The notes beneath the pieces are model-generated. The model was not told the DNA's origin. It made no database searches and was given only the letters and a program-made list of their open reading frames with translations. The position numbers were made by a program, and so were the translations under genes. 64,000 nucleotides of DNA. Origin: Candidatus Undinarchaeota archaeon (GTDB lineage: Archaea; Undinarchaeota; Undinarchaeia; Undinarchaeales; UBA543). Numbering within the stretch: position 1 is the stretch's first letter; each line of letters opens with the position of its first letter. The DNA lies in assembly GCA_964636545.1 (NCBI GenBank), contig CAZWSR010000002.1, positions 32,001-96,000 of the forward strand. The letters are read 5' to 3'. Below, in pieces: positions 1 to 9,992 of the stretch.

Positions 1-67
1 CAAGGGTCGCACCGATCATTACGGCAGATCCTAGGGCTGCTCCGACTTTTTTCCACATGCTTTGCAT
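1..67 (-). CDS. S-layer protein, N-terminal fragment (runs off window)
   Basis: Translates MQSMWKKVGAALGSAVMIGATL, resembling archaeal S-layer signal peptides; strong SD GGAGGT (76-81) and TTTATATA box (~160-167) upstream. Confidence 0.65.
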   Translation of the reverse strand, partial: MQSMWKKVGAALGSAVMIGATL

Positions 68-184
68 AGCTTTTTACCTCCGTTTTTTTACATAGTTTGT
101 GTTGTCTTAAAAAAACAAAACAAAAACAACAACACACTACTGTATGACTAAATCATCGTATATAAAGGTTTCTATACAGGTTTT

Positions 185-628
185 TCAATCTTTTTTCTGG
201 CTAGGCGCAGTACCTTGCATCCTATTGATTTCGCCCTGTTTTGCGAACACAGAATGAGCTAAAGAAACAACTACACTTGAGATGTCTGCGAGTATATTTT
301 GGGCCTCTCCAGAATCCACTGTAATGTTTTTTGGAGAAAACACTTCAACATTTGAAGGAGAATACATGAGAGCAACATAAACCATCTTTCCAAAGTCTCT
401 TGCAACTAGTTTAATATCAACATGTTGTGATAGTAAACCAGTGTCTAGCTTATCGGTTTTGGAATATTCCTTACCATAGACTTTGACCTTCTCTTCTTTT
501 TCTAATCTCTCAAGTAGTGCGTCAAGGGCTTCCTTCATGTGCTTTTCATCATTGCCTTGAACCTCGATAATGATCTCTGCATTGATCCATTTTCCTTCAT
601 CAATCAAAGTTCTGATTTTATCATCCAT
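185..628 (-). CDS. conserved archaeal hypothetical protein
   Basis: 147-aa ORF with IEVQG and YSPSNVEV segments; no function recognised. Confidence 0.6.
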   Translation of the reverse strand: MDDKIRTLIDEGKWINAEIIIEVQGNDEKHMKEALDALLERLEKEEKVKVYGKEYSKTDKLDTGLLSQHVDIKLVARDFGKMVYVALMYSPSNVEVFSPKNITVDSGEAQNILADISSVVVSLAHSVFAKQGEINRMQGTAPSQKKD

Positions 629-669
629 AAGTAAAAATGATTGAAAGACGTTGTTTTTATAACTTTGGG

Positions 670-3600
670 TTAGGGTAAGAAGGTTGTGAACTGTCGGTAA
701 TCGTTAGCAAGCAACATATCTGTTGAGTTTTGAATTTGGAAGTGGATTGTTTGAAGTCCAGATTTTAAACCAAATGGTGCATCGTTTTTATATTTATTGC
801 AGTTGCCAGAAGATGCTGAAAATTTTGGATTGTATGTTTTATTGCACCACGACTCATTGCAGTTTTCAGTCCAGATTCTGAGTTTAACATTGTCATCAAA
901 AGCTAATGTGCCGTGATTACAAAGGTCAATGTCAATTAGAATCTTTTTTGTTTCATTATTGTAGAAATCGTTGGTTAAAGAATAATAGATAGTATCGACA
1001 GCCAAATCATTTACAATCCCACAAAATTTGGTTTCGATTAGTTGATTGTTTTGAAGATTATCGTCAGATTCTTGGATTTTTGGATTGATTGAATATATAC
1101 CGCTGTCTTCTGGTTTCCATAAGAAATCAAGGGGGTTTTGTTGGTGTGGTTGGATGGTTGTGGTGGCACAATCGTTGTTGAAGCAAATTGTTGGTGTTGT
1201 CTCAGTTTGGCCATAATTTTCAAGGAGTATAGAAGTTGTAGAAAAAGAACCAGGAACAAGCGGCGTAGTTGTTGAGGAAATTATTCCAACATCTTCAATG
1301 TCTGAAAACATTTCTGTCAAGATTCTACCGGTTGTATTTTGTTTTGGAAGGTTGAATAAGTGTTCCAAAGTTGGTGTGACTGCGTCATTGAATGCAAGAG
1401 AATCAGAGAATTTTGGCGAGATTCCTGGACCAAGAACAATGAAGGGAATGCGCATTGCTTCAGGTAGAGAACAGGACGCATGATAGCCGTATTCACCATA
1501 ACTTCCTTCCCTGAAACACATACCATGATCTGCTGTGATGATTAGAATTGTGTTTTCAATTATTCCTGTTTTCATTAAAGTATCAAGAACTTGTTGAGCT
1601 TGAAGGTCAACCGCTTCTAGGGTTTCAGCATAATCAGATGGACCAGAATGGCCACCATGATCAGTTCCAGCAAAGTTAGAAACAAGGAGGAATTTTTCAG
1701 ATGTGTTTGAGAGTGTGTTTAGAACTCCAGAAAGCGCATCTGCTGTCCACCAATCATAATCCACAAAAATCGAGTTGCTACGCCCTTTATATGCTGAAAG
1801 GTTGTTGTGATTTTCAAATGTTGTTTGAAGTTCTTGTGAAATGTTTTTGTTTATTGTAAGGCTGGAATTGAATTGTTCCCAATCAGACCAGTGAGGATCG
1901 TGGAGAATTGCATCCATTTTTCCAACAACCCCTTCAGCATCTCCTTGACCCATTACGCCAAGAACTGTATAATTTTTTGAGCGAGCGCTATCGAAAAGTG
2001 AATTGTTTGGCAAAGAAACTGAATTGGAATATGCGCGCCAGTCATATGTTTTGTTATATTGAGAAGTAAATAAAACAGAGTGAGATTCAGTTGTACTTGG
2101 GATGCGGACTTTCATGTTCGTTGAGGTAAAACCGCGATGCATATACCCCATTATGTTTGGTGTGAGTTCGTTGTTTAGGTGTAATTCACCAAGTCCGTCG
2201 AAGATTAGAAGAACAATATTTTGTGGAGATGCATTCTTAGTTATGAAGAATGAGATATTTTGCTGGTTGTCTGCTGGACGAAAATCATCGGAAATTTGTG
2301 CTTTTAGCTCAAAATTAGCGACACCAGAGCTCAAATTTGAGGAATTTAGGGAAATTTGGTGATATTTTGACTCAAATGGAGTGAGGGTGAGGTTTTCAGA
2401 CCAGAGAAATAGGTCATTTTGTAAAGATATATTTACATTTTCCAGGAAATTCTCCTTATTTTCCAATAAAACCTCGATTTTGGTGTCTGCACCAGATAAA
2501 ATTGGCGCGGTTTTAGTGTAAATTGCAACATCGTGGACAGGAAAATGTTTAGAATAAGGCAAAAACACAGTGTCTGCACCTGGTTCGTCCCAACCATCAA
2601 CTGGAGGCAGAGTTCCAGAAACAACCATTGTTCCACTACATGCACCTGCCCCATTCTGAGCTTGAAATGTTATGTTTTTTGATGAGAACGCTGGCAAATT
2701 AAAATTGTTTTCAGAGAAATTTAGGACAAGTGGATCGCCTTTTTCATTTGTAATTTCAGAGGAAATAAGAATGCTTTTTAGTGGGCGGCCTGTCGGATTT
2801 GTAATTGTGATTATTGAACTATTTAGAGTTGCTTCCAGAAATCCAATACTGATTTTTTCCTTTTTTTCGTGGATAATATCACCAGTTGAAGTAAGGAGTT
2901 TGAGGTGGAGACGTGGAAGATATAGGTCTCGAGCGTAAAGATTGTTGGGGACAGCTAAATTTAATGAGAAGGTTTGTGTGCCTTCTGTAAGATTGATTTC
3001 TTGTAAAGAATGTTCTGAAAGATAAATGATCTTTTCATTAACTTCTTTTATGAAAGCAACATCAAGCACTGTGTTTTCAACAAATTTATTTTGTTCTGAA
3101 ACAGTGTCGGGAAACGTTGTTAGAATGGAAATAGTAGTGTTTGAGTTGCGACCCATAACAAATTTGTCATGGCTCTGCATACTAACTTTTGATTTGCTGA
3201 TTGTCAGAAAAAAATGAACAGAGGATTCGTTAGTGATTGTTTTGATTGCGTGCTTGTTTATTAAAAAACCAGGAGCAATCACTGTGACAGTTGTTGTTTT
3301 GTTGGGGTGTATGAGATTCGTGAGGCCGGACGCGTTTGTAAGTTTTGAAGTATAATTTTCAATTGCAGGGTTTGTAATTATCCTTGCGTTTGGAACTGGA
3401 ACAAGTTGATAAGAATCACTTCGAGGCATTGTACGATTATAATAAACACCAACGAGCGTTGGAGTACTGTTTTCATAGAAAAGTGGAGGTGGTGGAGAAG
3501 TTGGTGGTTTTTGAATTGGTTTAATGCCTGGGACAGTGCCAACAATTCCTGAAGAACCGCCACCATACACCACAGGTTGGCGCTTGTTTGAATAATTAGA

Positions 3601-3834
3601 AGTATAGGTCCAAGGTGTGTAATTTTGCCAAGTGTTTTGATATGTTTGTTCAATTGGTTCTGTGGTTTCTTCTTCAGACCAGGCAGATTCTGCTAGAGTA
3701 AATCCAGTAATATTTGTTAGCCCGAATATTTTGACAGCTCCAGCTATTACAAAAAATGCTGCGAAAATCGCTAATAGTCGCCAGTTGATTCGGTTCTTCT
3801 TCCCGCTACGGAACATTAGGGGCTCGTCACTCAT
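670..3834 (-). CDS. large membrane-anchored/secreted alkaline-phosphatase-superfamily protein with Ig/CARDB-like domains
   Basis: N-terminal TM helix; LIFDGLG, PSTTESH, DHGGH, ITADHG metal-binding motifs; Asn/Thr-rich beta domains. Confidence 0.75.
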   Translation of the reverse strand: MSDEPLMFRSGKKNRINWRLLAIFAAFFVIAGAVKIFGLTNITGFTLAESAWSEEETTEPIEQTYQNTWQNYTPWTYTSNYSNKRQPVVYGGGSSGIVGTVPGIKPIQKPPTSPPPPLFYENSTPTLVGVYYNRTMPRSDSYQLVPVPNARIITNPAIENYTSKLTNASGLTNLIHPNKTTTVTVIAPGFLINKHAIKTITNESSVHFFLTISKSKVSMQSHDKFVMGRNSNTTISILTTFPDTVSEQNKFVENTVLDVAFIKEVNEKIIYLSEHSLQEINLTEGTQTFSLNLAVPNNLYARDLYLPRLHLKLLTSTGDIIHEKKEKISIGFLEATLNSSIITITNPTGRPLKSILISSEITNEKGDPLVLNFSENNFNLPAFSSKNITFQAQNGAGACSGTMVVSGTLPPVDGWDEPGADTVFLPYSKHFPVHDVAIYTKTAPILSGADTKIEVLLENKENFLENVNISLQNDLFLWSENLTLTPFESKYHQISLNSSNLSSGVANFELKAQISDDFRPADNQQNISFFITKNASPQNIVLLIFDGLGELHLNNELTPNIMGYMHRGFTSTNMKVRIPSTTESHSVLFTSQYNKTYDWRAYSNSVSLPNNSLFDSARSKNYTVLGVMGQGDAEGVVGKMDAILHDPHWSDWEQFNSSLTINKNISQELQTTFENHNNLSAYKGRSNSIFVDYDWWTADALSGVLNTLSNTSEKFLLVSNFAGTDHGGHSGPSDYAETLEAVDLQAQQVLDTLMKTGIIENTILIITADHGMCFREGSYGEYGYHASCSLPEAMRIPFIVLGPGISPKFSDSLAFNDAVTPTLEHLFNLPKQNTTGRILTEMFSDIEDVGIISSTTTPLVPGSFSTTSILLENYGQTETTPTICFNNDCATTTIQPHQQNPLDFLWKPEDSGIYSINPKIQESDDNLQNNQLIETKFCGIVNDLAVDTIYYSLTNDFYNNETKKILIDIDLCNHGTLAFDDNVKLRIWTENCNESWCNKTYNPKFSASSGNCNKYKNDAPFGLKSGLQTIHFQIQNSTDMLLANDYRQFTTFLP

Positions 3835-3947
3835 ATTGAAATTGGCTGTCTGAACCCCTTATATTATTTCACCAACTTGAGTGAGTTTATTTAGTTGATG
3901 AGACCATAAACAATATAAGCCCAAATTGATTGTATATCTTGATTAAG

Positions 3948-4256
3948 ATGGTTGAAGAACTTACTGATGCAAATTTTGAAACAGCAATCAGCAGCGGATT
4001 AGTTGTTGTTGATTTCTGGAATGAGGGTTGTCCACCTTGTGATATGTATGCTCCAATTTTTGAAGAAGTTTCAAAAGTATATCCTGATGTGAAATTCGCA
4101 AAGATTGAAGCAAGAGAAGCTCCGATTTCTTCAAGTAAATATGGTGTAATGGCAACGCCAACTACGCTTTTCTTTAAGGATGGGCAGAAAGTGGATGAGC
4201 TGTTAGGTGCAAAGAGTGCTGAAGAACTGAAAAATAAGGTCGAAACACACAAGTGA
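3948..4256 (+). CDS. trxA: thioredoxin
   Basis: VVDFWNEGCPPC active site, cis-Pro region ATPT; ATG at 3948 preferred. Confidence 0.85.
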   Translation: MVEELTDANFETAISSGLVVVDFWNEGCPPCDMYAPIFEEVSKVYPDVKFAKIEAREAPISSSKYGVMATPTTLFFKDGQKVDELLGAKSAEELKNKVETHK

Positions 4257-4320
4257 CATAGGTAAACACAGGAAACCCTTAAATACTTAGAGACCTGAGT
4301 AAATGACACAGGGGAGAATA

Positions 4321-4578
4321 ATGGCAAGAATTCCGTTTAAAGAAATACAAGCAAAGACAGTCGTCTCAGAAGGCGGCAGAATGTTCGGTAAAGTACTGGA
4401 CCTCACAGTTGACATTTCTACTGGCGAGTTAATCAACCTACTAGTTGAGCCAACAAAATACATAACAGCTCATTTTGAGGATTTGGTTCAGGACCACCGA
4501 GGCAGATTGTTACTCCCATTCAGTTCAGTAACTGCTGTTGGCGATTTTGTATTAATAAACGAGCAAGACGTTATTTGA
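4321..4578 (+). CDS. PRC-barrel domain protein (CdpB-like)
   Basis: GRMFGKVLDLTVD...LPFSSVTAVGDFVLI pattern; SD GGGGAG upstream. Confidence 0.8.
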   Translation: MARIPFKEIQAKTVVSEGGRMFGKVLDLTVDISTGELINLLVEPTKYITAHFEDLVQDHRGRLLLPFSSVTAVGDFVLINEQDVI

Positions 4579-4621
4579 TTAAAACTAGTTTTTAAATAAA
4601 AGAAGAAAGATACTACTAGAT

Positions 4622-5518
4622 ATGATACTAGTACTTTCAGATTTGCATATAGGTGCTAATGAACACAGTGGACACAGGAAGAATTTAGGGACTCCAGAAG
4701 AAGTTGAAAATGTATTTAAAGCTGTTGATCAGGAAGTTGATACTCTTATAATTACTGGAGATTTGTTTGAAAGCAGGTGTCCTGCAGATAAATTGAAAAA
4801 ATTCGTGGATAGGACATTTAGTATTATAGACAAAAAGATGAGGAAAGGAACAACTATTTTTTACATTGCAACTGACCATGATACTCTTCATGACAAAACT
4901 AATCCTGAAAAAAATTATTTGAATATAATAAAACCAGCATTCATAGACATTCTTGGACTAAAAAAAAGAAGACAAATTATAGACAAAGTAACACCAAAAC
5001 AAGCTTTTGATAATGTTGAAATACGACCAAAGCAGGTTTTTTTAACAATAAAGGATAAGAGAATTATGTTCATGCATGGAAAGTTTGGGAAACCTTTGTG
5101 GAAGCTGGCACTTGATTTTGAAGCAGCAAGAAATCCAATTACAGATAAATTATCACAGTTTTGGGTAACACGAATCTGGGATAATTCCATGAAACTTCTT
5201 AGAGATCTGTCTGAAAAACCAGAAAAAAGAGAGCAAAATCAGTATGCTAGACATATTTTAAGAGTTTTGAAAAAAGAAAAGATAAAAGTTTCAGCTGTTT
5301 TCTTTGGACATATACACCGGCCATTTATTACAAGAAAAAAATCAAAAAAGAAAAAACCACTAATGGTAAGTTTAGGGTCTTGGGGATTATTTCCAGTTAA
5401 TAAAACCAGTCCAGCTATACGAACTTTTGCAACAATTTCAGATGACCTGAAAGTAAATTTATATTCATTAAATTATGAAAACGGGGGGAAACCAATGGCT
5501 ACTGGGGCAATACTTTAG
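4622..5518 (+). CDS. calcineurin-like metallophosphoesterase
   Basis: SDLHIG, TGDLFE, MHG, GHIH motifs (GNH position reads TDH). Confidence 0.8.
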   Translation: MILVLSDLHIGANEHSGHRKNLGTPEEVENVFKAVDQEVDTLIITGDLFESRCPADKLKKFVDRTFSIIDKKMRKGTTIFYIATDHDTLHDKTNPEKNYLNIIKPAFIDILGLKKRRQIIDKVTPKQAFDNVEIRPKQVFLTIKDKRIMFMHGKFGKPLWKLALDFEAARNPITDKLSQFWVTRIWDNSMKLLRDLSEKPEKREQNQYARHILRVLKKEKIKVSAVFFGHIHRPFITRKKSKKKKPLMVSLGSWGLFPVNKTSPAIRTFATISDDLKVNLYSLNYENGGKPMATGAIL

Positions 5519-6059
5519 AGAGGAGTTCATCAATTTTTGTTTTGAATTCTTCTAAAGTGCCTTCATTTTTCAGTTGATAATCTGCTTTTTCAATTGTTTC
5601 TCCAAGTCCCCAGCTCAGTTCTTCTTTATAGCGCCACCGAAGACCTGCCTCATCAACAGGGTCATCCTTCCTGGTTTTTGCTCTTTCCGGGAGTCTGGAT
5701 AAACATACTTCAAAATCTGCTTCAACTGAAATAAGAACAAAATCATCACCATATTCTTTCTTGAAAACATCAATTTCTTCAGGAGAACGAATACCATCAA
5801 TAACAATTACATCTTTGGTTTTAGCAAGCTCGTCAATAGCAGAAAATGCAAGTTCTGCAGCAACTCCGCGGCCTTTATCTTTGCGAATTTGAGTTGCGAA
5901 ATTACGGATATTTTCATGGTTTATTTCAATTTTTTGTCTTTCCATTTCATCCTTAATGCCTTGGCTCATAGAAACTTGTTTGTATCCTCTAGCAGTGAGC
6001 TCTTTTGTTAATTCTCCTTTGCCTGCAAGCGGCATTCCAGTTATTGCTATGATTTTCAT
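5499..6059 (-). CDS. archaeal CoaE-like P-loop nucleotide kinase
   Basis: ITGMPLAGKG P-loop, IDGIRS, ELSWGLG, NEGTLEEF. Confidence 0.8.
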   Translation of the reverse strand: MKIIAITGMPLAGKGELTKELTARGYKQVSMSQGIKDEMERQKIEINHENIRNFATQIRKDKGRGVAAELAFSAIDELAKTKDVIVIDGIRSPEEIDVFKKEYGDDFVLISVEADFEVCLSRLPERAKTRKDDPVDEAGLRWRYKEELSWGLGETIEKADYQLKNEGTLEEFKTKIDELLSKVLPQ

Positions 6060-6733
6060 TTTAATCCATGCACCTCATCTTCTACTCTGTGTAGAAACTG
6101 TATCATATAAGCTATTCGCCTGTCTGCTAATCTGCGGGCAGTGTCAGTATACATTCTAGCAACACGGTTTAACATATTATCTCGAATAAATGCAACTGTT
6201 CCACGAACATCTCTGCTGAGGCGGCCACCATAAGTGAAGGTTCGGCCTAGCCCAATTGCTCCAAGAGCATCTAGGTTGTCTGCATCGGAGAGGATTTTTG
6301 CTTCAACGCTTTCAGGTGCTTCTCCGTGGCGGTGTCGGTGATGTTTGATTGCCATGAAAACTGGTTTTAGTTTTGCTCTTGGAAAATCAATTGTTTTTAA
6401 GAAATCTTTTCCATAATATGCAGCGGTTTCAGCATGGTCAGCACCAATTCCTTCTTCCATTGTTCGCCCAGTATCGTGGAGCAGGGCTGCAGTTAGTAGA
6501 ACTAATAAATCAGCACCTTCCCATTTTCCAATGTGATAAGCAAGATTATAGACACGTAGAGTGTGGTCAAATCCATGGGACGGGCTGTCAAGTTTTTCCT
6601 TAACATATGCTTCAACTTTTTCAATAAGAGCTGTGTCTTCAGCTGAAATCAAGCGCTTGAGCTCCTTTGAAATAGTCCAGTCTTTTTGTTGTAGTTTTTC
6701 TATGTTGTCACTGTTTGTTATCACTGTTATCAA
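6056..6733 (-). CDS. HD-domain phosphohydrolase
   Basis: HGFDHTLRV, LLHD, DADNLDALGAIG. Confidence 0.88.
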   Translation of the reverse strand: MITVITNSDNIEKLQQKDWTISKELKRLISAEDTALIEKVEAYVKEKLDSPSHGFDHTLRVYNLAYHIGKWEGADLLVLLTAALLHDTGRTMEEGIGADHAETAAYYGKDFLKTIDFPRAKLKPVFMAIKHHRHRHGEAPESVEAKILSDADNLDALGAIGLGRTFTYGGRLSRDVRGTVAFIRDNMLNRVARMYTDTARRLADRRIAYMIQFLHRVEDEVHGLK

Positions 6734-6890
6734 CTCCTAAATCCTTTCTGAGCTGGGTGCGGATGGCGTTTCGGACATATTCACTGACTGATGCGTAGCC
6801 GCCTTTGCCTTCTTTGATATAATCCTGAACCTGTTTGTAGTGATCTTCAGGAATTTGAACTGTTTTCCAGCGAGTTGCCCAACTTTTCAT
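6708..6890 (-). CDS. ribbon-helix-helix (CopG/MetJ) DNA-binding protein
   Basis: TVQIP...GYASVSEYVRNAIR. Confidence 0.8.
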   Translation of the reverse strand: MKSWATRWKTVQIPEDHYKQVQDYIKEGKGGYASVSEYVRNAIRTQLRKDLGVDNSDNKQ

Positions 6891-6946
6891 TTATACTCCG
6901 GTTTAGTGTATTTAGTTGATATATGTGTGTTGTATCTGTTATATAT

Positions 6947-7008
6947 AGGTGTCGGATATCCGGGATCGGGGATCGGGCCCGATACCAGATACCTGTTGCC
7001 AGATGCCT
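6947..7008. repeat. heptamer-periodic imperfect palindrome
   Basis: GGTGTC/GATATC/GGGATC-type units at 7-nt period, centre GGGCCC, mirrored by GATACCA GATACCT GTTGCCA GATGCC. Confidence 0.7.
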
Positions 7009-7046
7009 TTTAATAAGCTTTATATACTCAGCTGTACTCCTAATAT

Positions 7047-7158
7047 ATGGGAGGGAGAGAAATGTAGCTTTGTTTGTTCGCAGATGAAGCTCGGCCTCTC
7101 ACCATTTATTTTCTTGGAGGGTGGGGCAGCTTTGTGCTGCCTCGTTTTCTCTTACCAT
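7047..7158 (+). ncRNA. candidate structured ncRNA (multi-hairpin cloverleaf)
   Basis: TTTATATA at 7019-7026; paired ends; 11-bp stem with UUCG loop 7066-7091; 9-bp stem 7122-7144; many G-U pairs; T-rich 3' tract. Confidence 0.55.
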
Positions 7159-7212
7159 TATTTTTGTTTAATTAAGCATAATATTATAAATCAATAAAAA
7201 CAAAACCTTCAC

Positions 7213-7863
7213 GTGGAACACATAAAAATGCAATTTGTCTATTCAAAAGACAAATCTACAGACATTAGAAAAACAGTAGAAAAAATTTGTTCTGATTTTA
7301 GGACTCAGTGTTCTGAAAAAATAATTTCAGCAATTTCTTCTAGAGAAGAGGGTTTTTCAGATTTTATATTAGACAAAATAGTTTTTCAAACATCAACAAA
7401 ACAAGAGGCTCAGAACAAGTATACTGGAAAAATATTTTACTTAAGACCAATGGCACAACTAGATATTGAAAAATGGACGGTTTGGATAGGAGAACATGGA
7501 ATGCCGGCTGAAGATTTTGAGGAAATTGAGAGTTTTACAAATGATATTTATCTGAAATATGCTGAAAGTTCTGGTTTGCCTGATTTTTATATTCCTGCCT
7601 ACTTGTTTTTAATGTATTTTTTTAAAAAGACAAAAAATAGTGAGGAATTAAAAAAAGAGTTACTAAACAAAACAGCCCCATTTCTGGCCGCAGTTATAGA
7701 AGTTTCTGAGAAACAAACCACAGTGGAAGTAACTATAAAACCGAGAAATTCTTTTGAAAAAAGCGAATTATATCAGAAAGTATTGGGAGAATTTAGTGGA
7801 TTAGAACCAAAAAAATCAAAACAAATGAAAGCAGACAGATATCTAATACCACCAAAAAGATAG
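7213..7863 (+). CDS. hypothetical protein
   Basis: 216-aa AT-rich ORF, no motif recognised. Confidence 0.55.
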   Translation: MEHIKMQFVYSKDKSTDIRKTVEKICSDFRTQCSEKIISAISSREEGFSDFILDKIVFQTSTKQEAQNKYTGKIFYLRPMAQLDIEKWTVWIGEHGMPAEDFEEIESFTNDIYLKYAESSGLPDFYIPAYLFLMYFFKKTKNSEELKKELLNKTAPFLAAVIEVSEKQTTVEVTIKPRNSFEKSELYQKVLGEFSGLEPKKSKQMKADRYLIPPKR

Positions 7864-7896
7864 AATATATATATACAATTTCAACAAATAATAATT

Positions 7897-8439
7897 GTGA
7901 ATATCAGAAAATATGTTGAAGCAGATTTTGGAGGAATTGAACAAGTAATCAAAGAAATTATTAGTACATATGTTTGGCCAGAAATATAGCCAGATGGGTG
8001 GGCTGAAGAAAGAATAAAAACAGAAATTAATGTAGAAGGTTACACAGATGCAATTTTTTTAGTTATTGAAGAAAAAGGGAGGATAACGGGATTTATTGTC
8101 GCGCATGATCTAGAAACATTTATAGATAAAGAGCTTTCTCATTTAAAAACTGAATTTATTTCTCAAAAACTCATCTCAGATGAAAAAGAGAAAGAACACA
8201 AAGAAACATTTTATCAACGACAGATAATTATAACACCAGAATTTCATGAAGGAAAAAGAGGGACAAAATTAGTTGAAGAAATAAAAAAACACGCCAGAGG
8301 AAAAGGGTATACACAATTAGTCACAAGAACACCAACAAGAAATGAGGTCGGAGCAACTTTTTTTAAAAGTTTAAATTACAAAGAAATTTTTAGTGAGAAT
8401 AACCCATCACGACGTTATTTTAAAATGAATTTAATTTAA
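7897..8439 (+). pseudogene. GNAT N-acetyltransferase interrupted by an in-frame TAG (7987-7989)
   Basis: Manual translation: MNIRKYVEAD...WPEI*PDGW...ITGFI...IITPEFHEGKRGTKLV...NEVGATFFKSLNY; absent from the ORF track. Confidence 0.75.
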
Positions 8440-8442
8440 TTC

Positions 8443-8766
8443 TTAAGGAACAAAAGTAACGCCCCACGCCAATGCTATCATTATTGGAATGTATGTTTTT
8501 ATGTAAATTGCAAAGTGAGCATTTGATGGCGCATAAGTGCCAACAGTGAACCTAAACATCAACATACACAAAACAACTACTGCAAATGCGAGTATTGCAC
8601 TCATTCCAGCAAGTCCGTGCTTGACAGTCCTCATTATTGCTGACAAAAGTGTTACTAAAACAAAACCAAATAGTAAGTAGTGCTCAAAGCTGGTCATTCG
8701 GCTAGGCCGACTGACTGTCATTATGAACACTATTCCGAGAACAGTAGCCACAATAGGAAAAACCAT
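8443..8766 (-). CDS. small integral membrane protein
   Basis: About four hydrophobic segments. Confidence 0.55.
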   Translation of the reverse strand: MVFPIVATVLGIVFIMTVSRPSRMTSFEHYLLFGFVLVTLLSAIMRTVKHGLAGMSAILAFAVVVLCMLMFRFTVGTYAPSNAHFAIYIKTYIPIMIALAWGVTFVP

Positions 8767-8861
8767 GCAAATTGGATCAAAGTGGCCTTTTGTGTTTTTG
8801 AAGATTTTTCTAATTATTTTAAAACACCTGTGCTAGATTGGTAGAGTTGTTCTATATATAC

Positions 8862-9992
8862 CTAATTGTCAACAATCCCATCGCCAGTAACCTTGAAAAT
8901 TGCTTCTCCTTCTGGCAGGTTTGGACTGTCAATCAGGCGCGCAATTCGTTTTCCACCTTTACTCTTTCTCAAGTAAATTCTGAAAGTTGCACTGTGACCT
9001 AAAATGTGTCCGCCTACTGGTTTTGTTGGGTCGCCAAAGAACATATCTGGTTTTGACATGACCTGGTTTGTAATATAAACAGTAGCATTGTAAACATCAG
9101 CTAATCTGTGCAAAGTGCTTAAGTGGCGATTGAGTTTCTGTTGCCTGCTTGCCAATGCACCACGACCAACATATTCTGATCTGAACAATGAAATTAAAGA
9201 GTCAACAATAACTAATTTAATTCCACCTTCTTGCAAATACTGCTCTGCTTGTTCTGCCATAAGCATCTGGTCATCAGAACTGTATGCTCGTGCAACCTTG
9301 ATGTTTTTGAGTGCATCTTCTGGATTCAAACCCATGTGTTCTGCCATTTGCATAACACGTTCTGGCCTGAAAGTATGCTCAGAATCAATATACAAACAAC
9401 CAGAATTTAAGCCTCCTTTGTCCTCAGGAAGTTGAACATTTACAGCTAGCTGCATTGCGATTTGTGATTTTCCAGAACCGAATTCTCCAAATGCTTCTGT
9501 GATTGCTTGTGTTTCAAGTCCGCCGCCAAGGAGCTTGTCAAATTCTTCAGAACCAGTTGTTAATCTGCCGATTGATTTGCGCTTCTCCATCAACTTGTCA
9601 GCTGTTTCAAAGCCCATATCACATTTGTCTTTTGCAAGTGTAATTATTTTTTTAGCTTTTGCTTCACTAATATCTGCTGCTGCAGAAAGATCCCCTGGTG
9701 CGCTAGTAGCTATTGATTTTGCATCGTGATAACCAGCTTCTTCAAGCTTTTTTGCAGTTGCTGGACCGATACCAGTAAGTGCTTCAAGACCCTCATCCTC
9801 TTCTTCGTCCTCGTCTTCTTCAGAATCTTCTTCAGAATCTTCTTCAGAATCTTCTTCAGAATCTTCTTTTGGGGTTTCCTCAGTTTCTGGTGTGGTCTCT
9901 TCGACTTTTTCTGCTTCCTCTTCTGGAGCTTCTTCAGTCTTTTGTTCTTCTTCGTTTTTTATCTCTTCATCTGTCATTTCTTTTTCCTCCAT
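8862..9992 (-). CDS. radA: DNA repair and recombination protein RadA with acidic N-terminal extension
   Basis: GEFGSGKSQ Walker [42 protein letters not shown]. Confidence 0.97.
   Translation of the reverse strand: MEEKEMTDEEIKNEEEQKTEEAPEEEAEKVEETTPETEETPKEDSEEDSEEDSEEDSEEDEDEEEDEGLEALTGIGPATAKKLEEAGYHDAKSIATSAPGDLSAAADISEAKAKKIITLAKDKCDMGFETADKLMEKRKSIGRLTTGSEEFDKLLGGGLETQAITEAFGEFGSGKSQIAMQLAVNVQLPEDKGGLNSGCLYIDSEHTFRPERVMQMAEHMGLNPEDALKNIKVARAYSSDDQMLMAEQAEQYLQEGGIKLVIVDSLISLFRSEYVGRGALASRQQKLNRHLSTLHRLADVYNATVYITNQVMSKPDMFFGDPTKPVGGHILGHSATFRIYLRKSKGGKRIARLIDSPNLPEGEAIFKVTGDGIVDN
9814..9868. repeat. 12-bp tandem repeat TCTTCTTCAGAA x4.6 encoding (EEDS)n in RadA N-terminus
   Basis: Exact tandem copies read directly. 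Confidence 0.9.

Noticed and set aside
172-181. CTATACAGGT partial match to the 19-bp terminal repeat in the S-layer promoter
   Set aside because: Only 10 bp and lacks the second palindrome arm; could be chance.
7987-7989. Genome-wide TAG reassignment
   Set aside because: Conserved genes radA and hel308 terminate at TAG at their expected C-termini.
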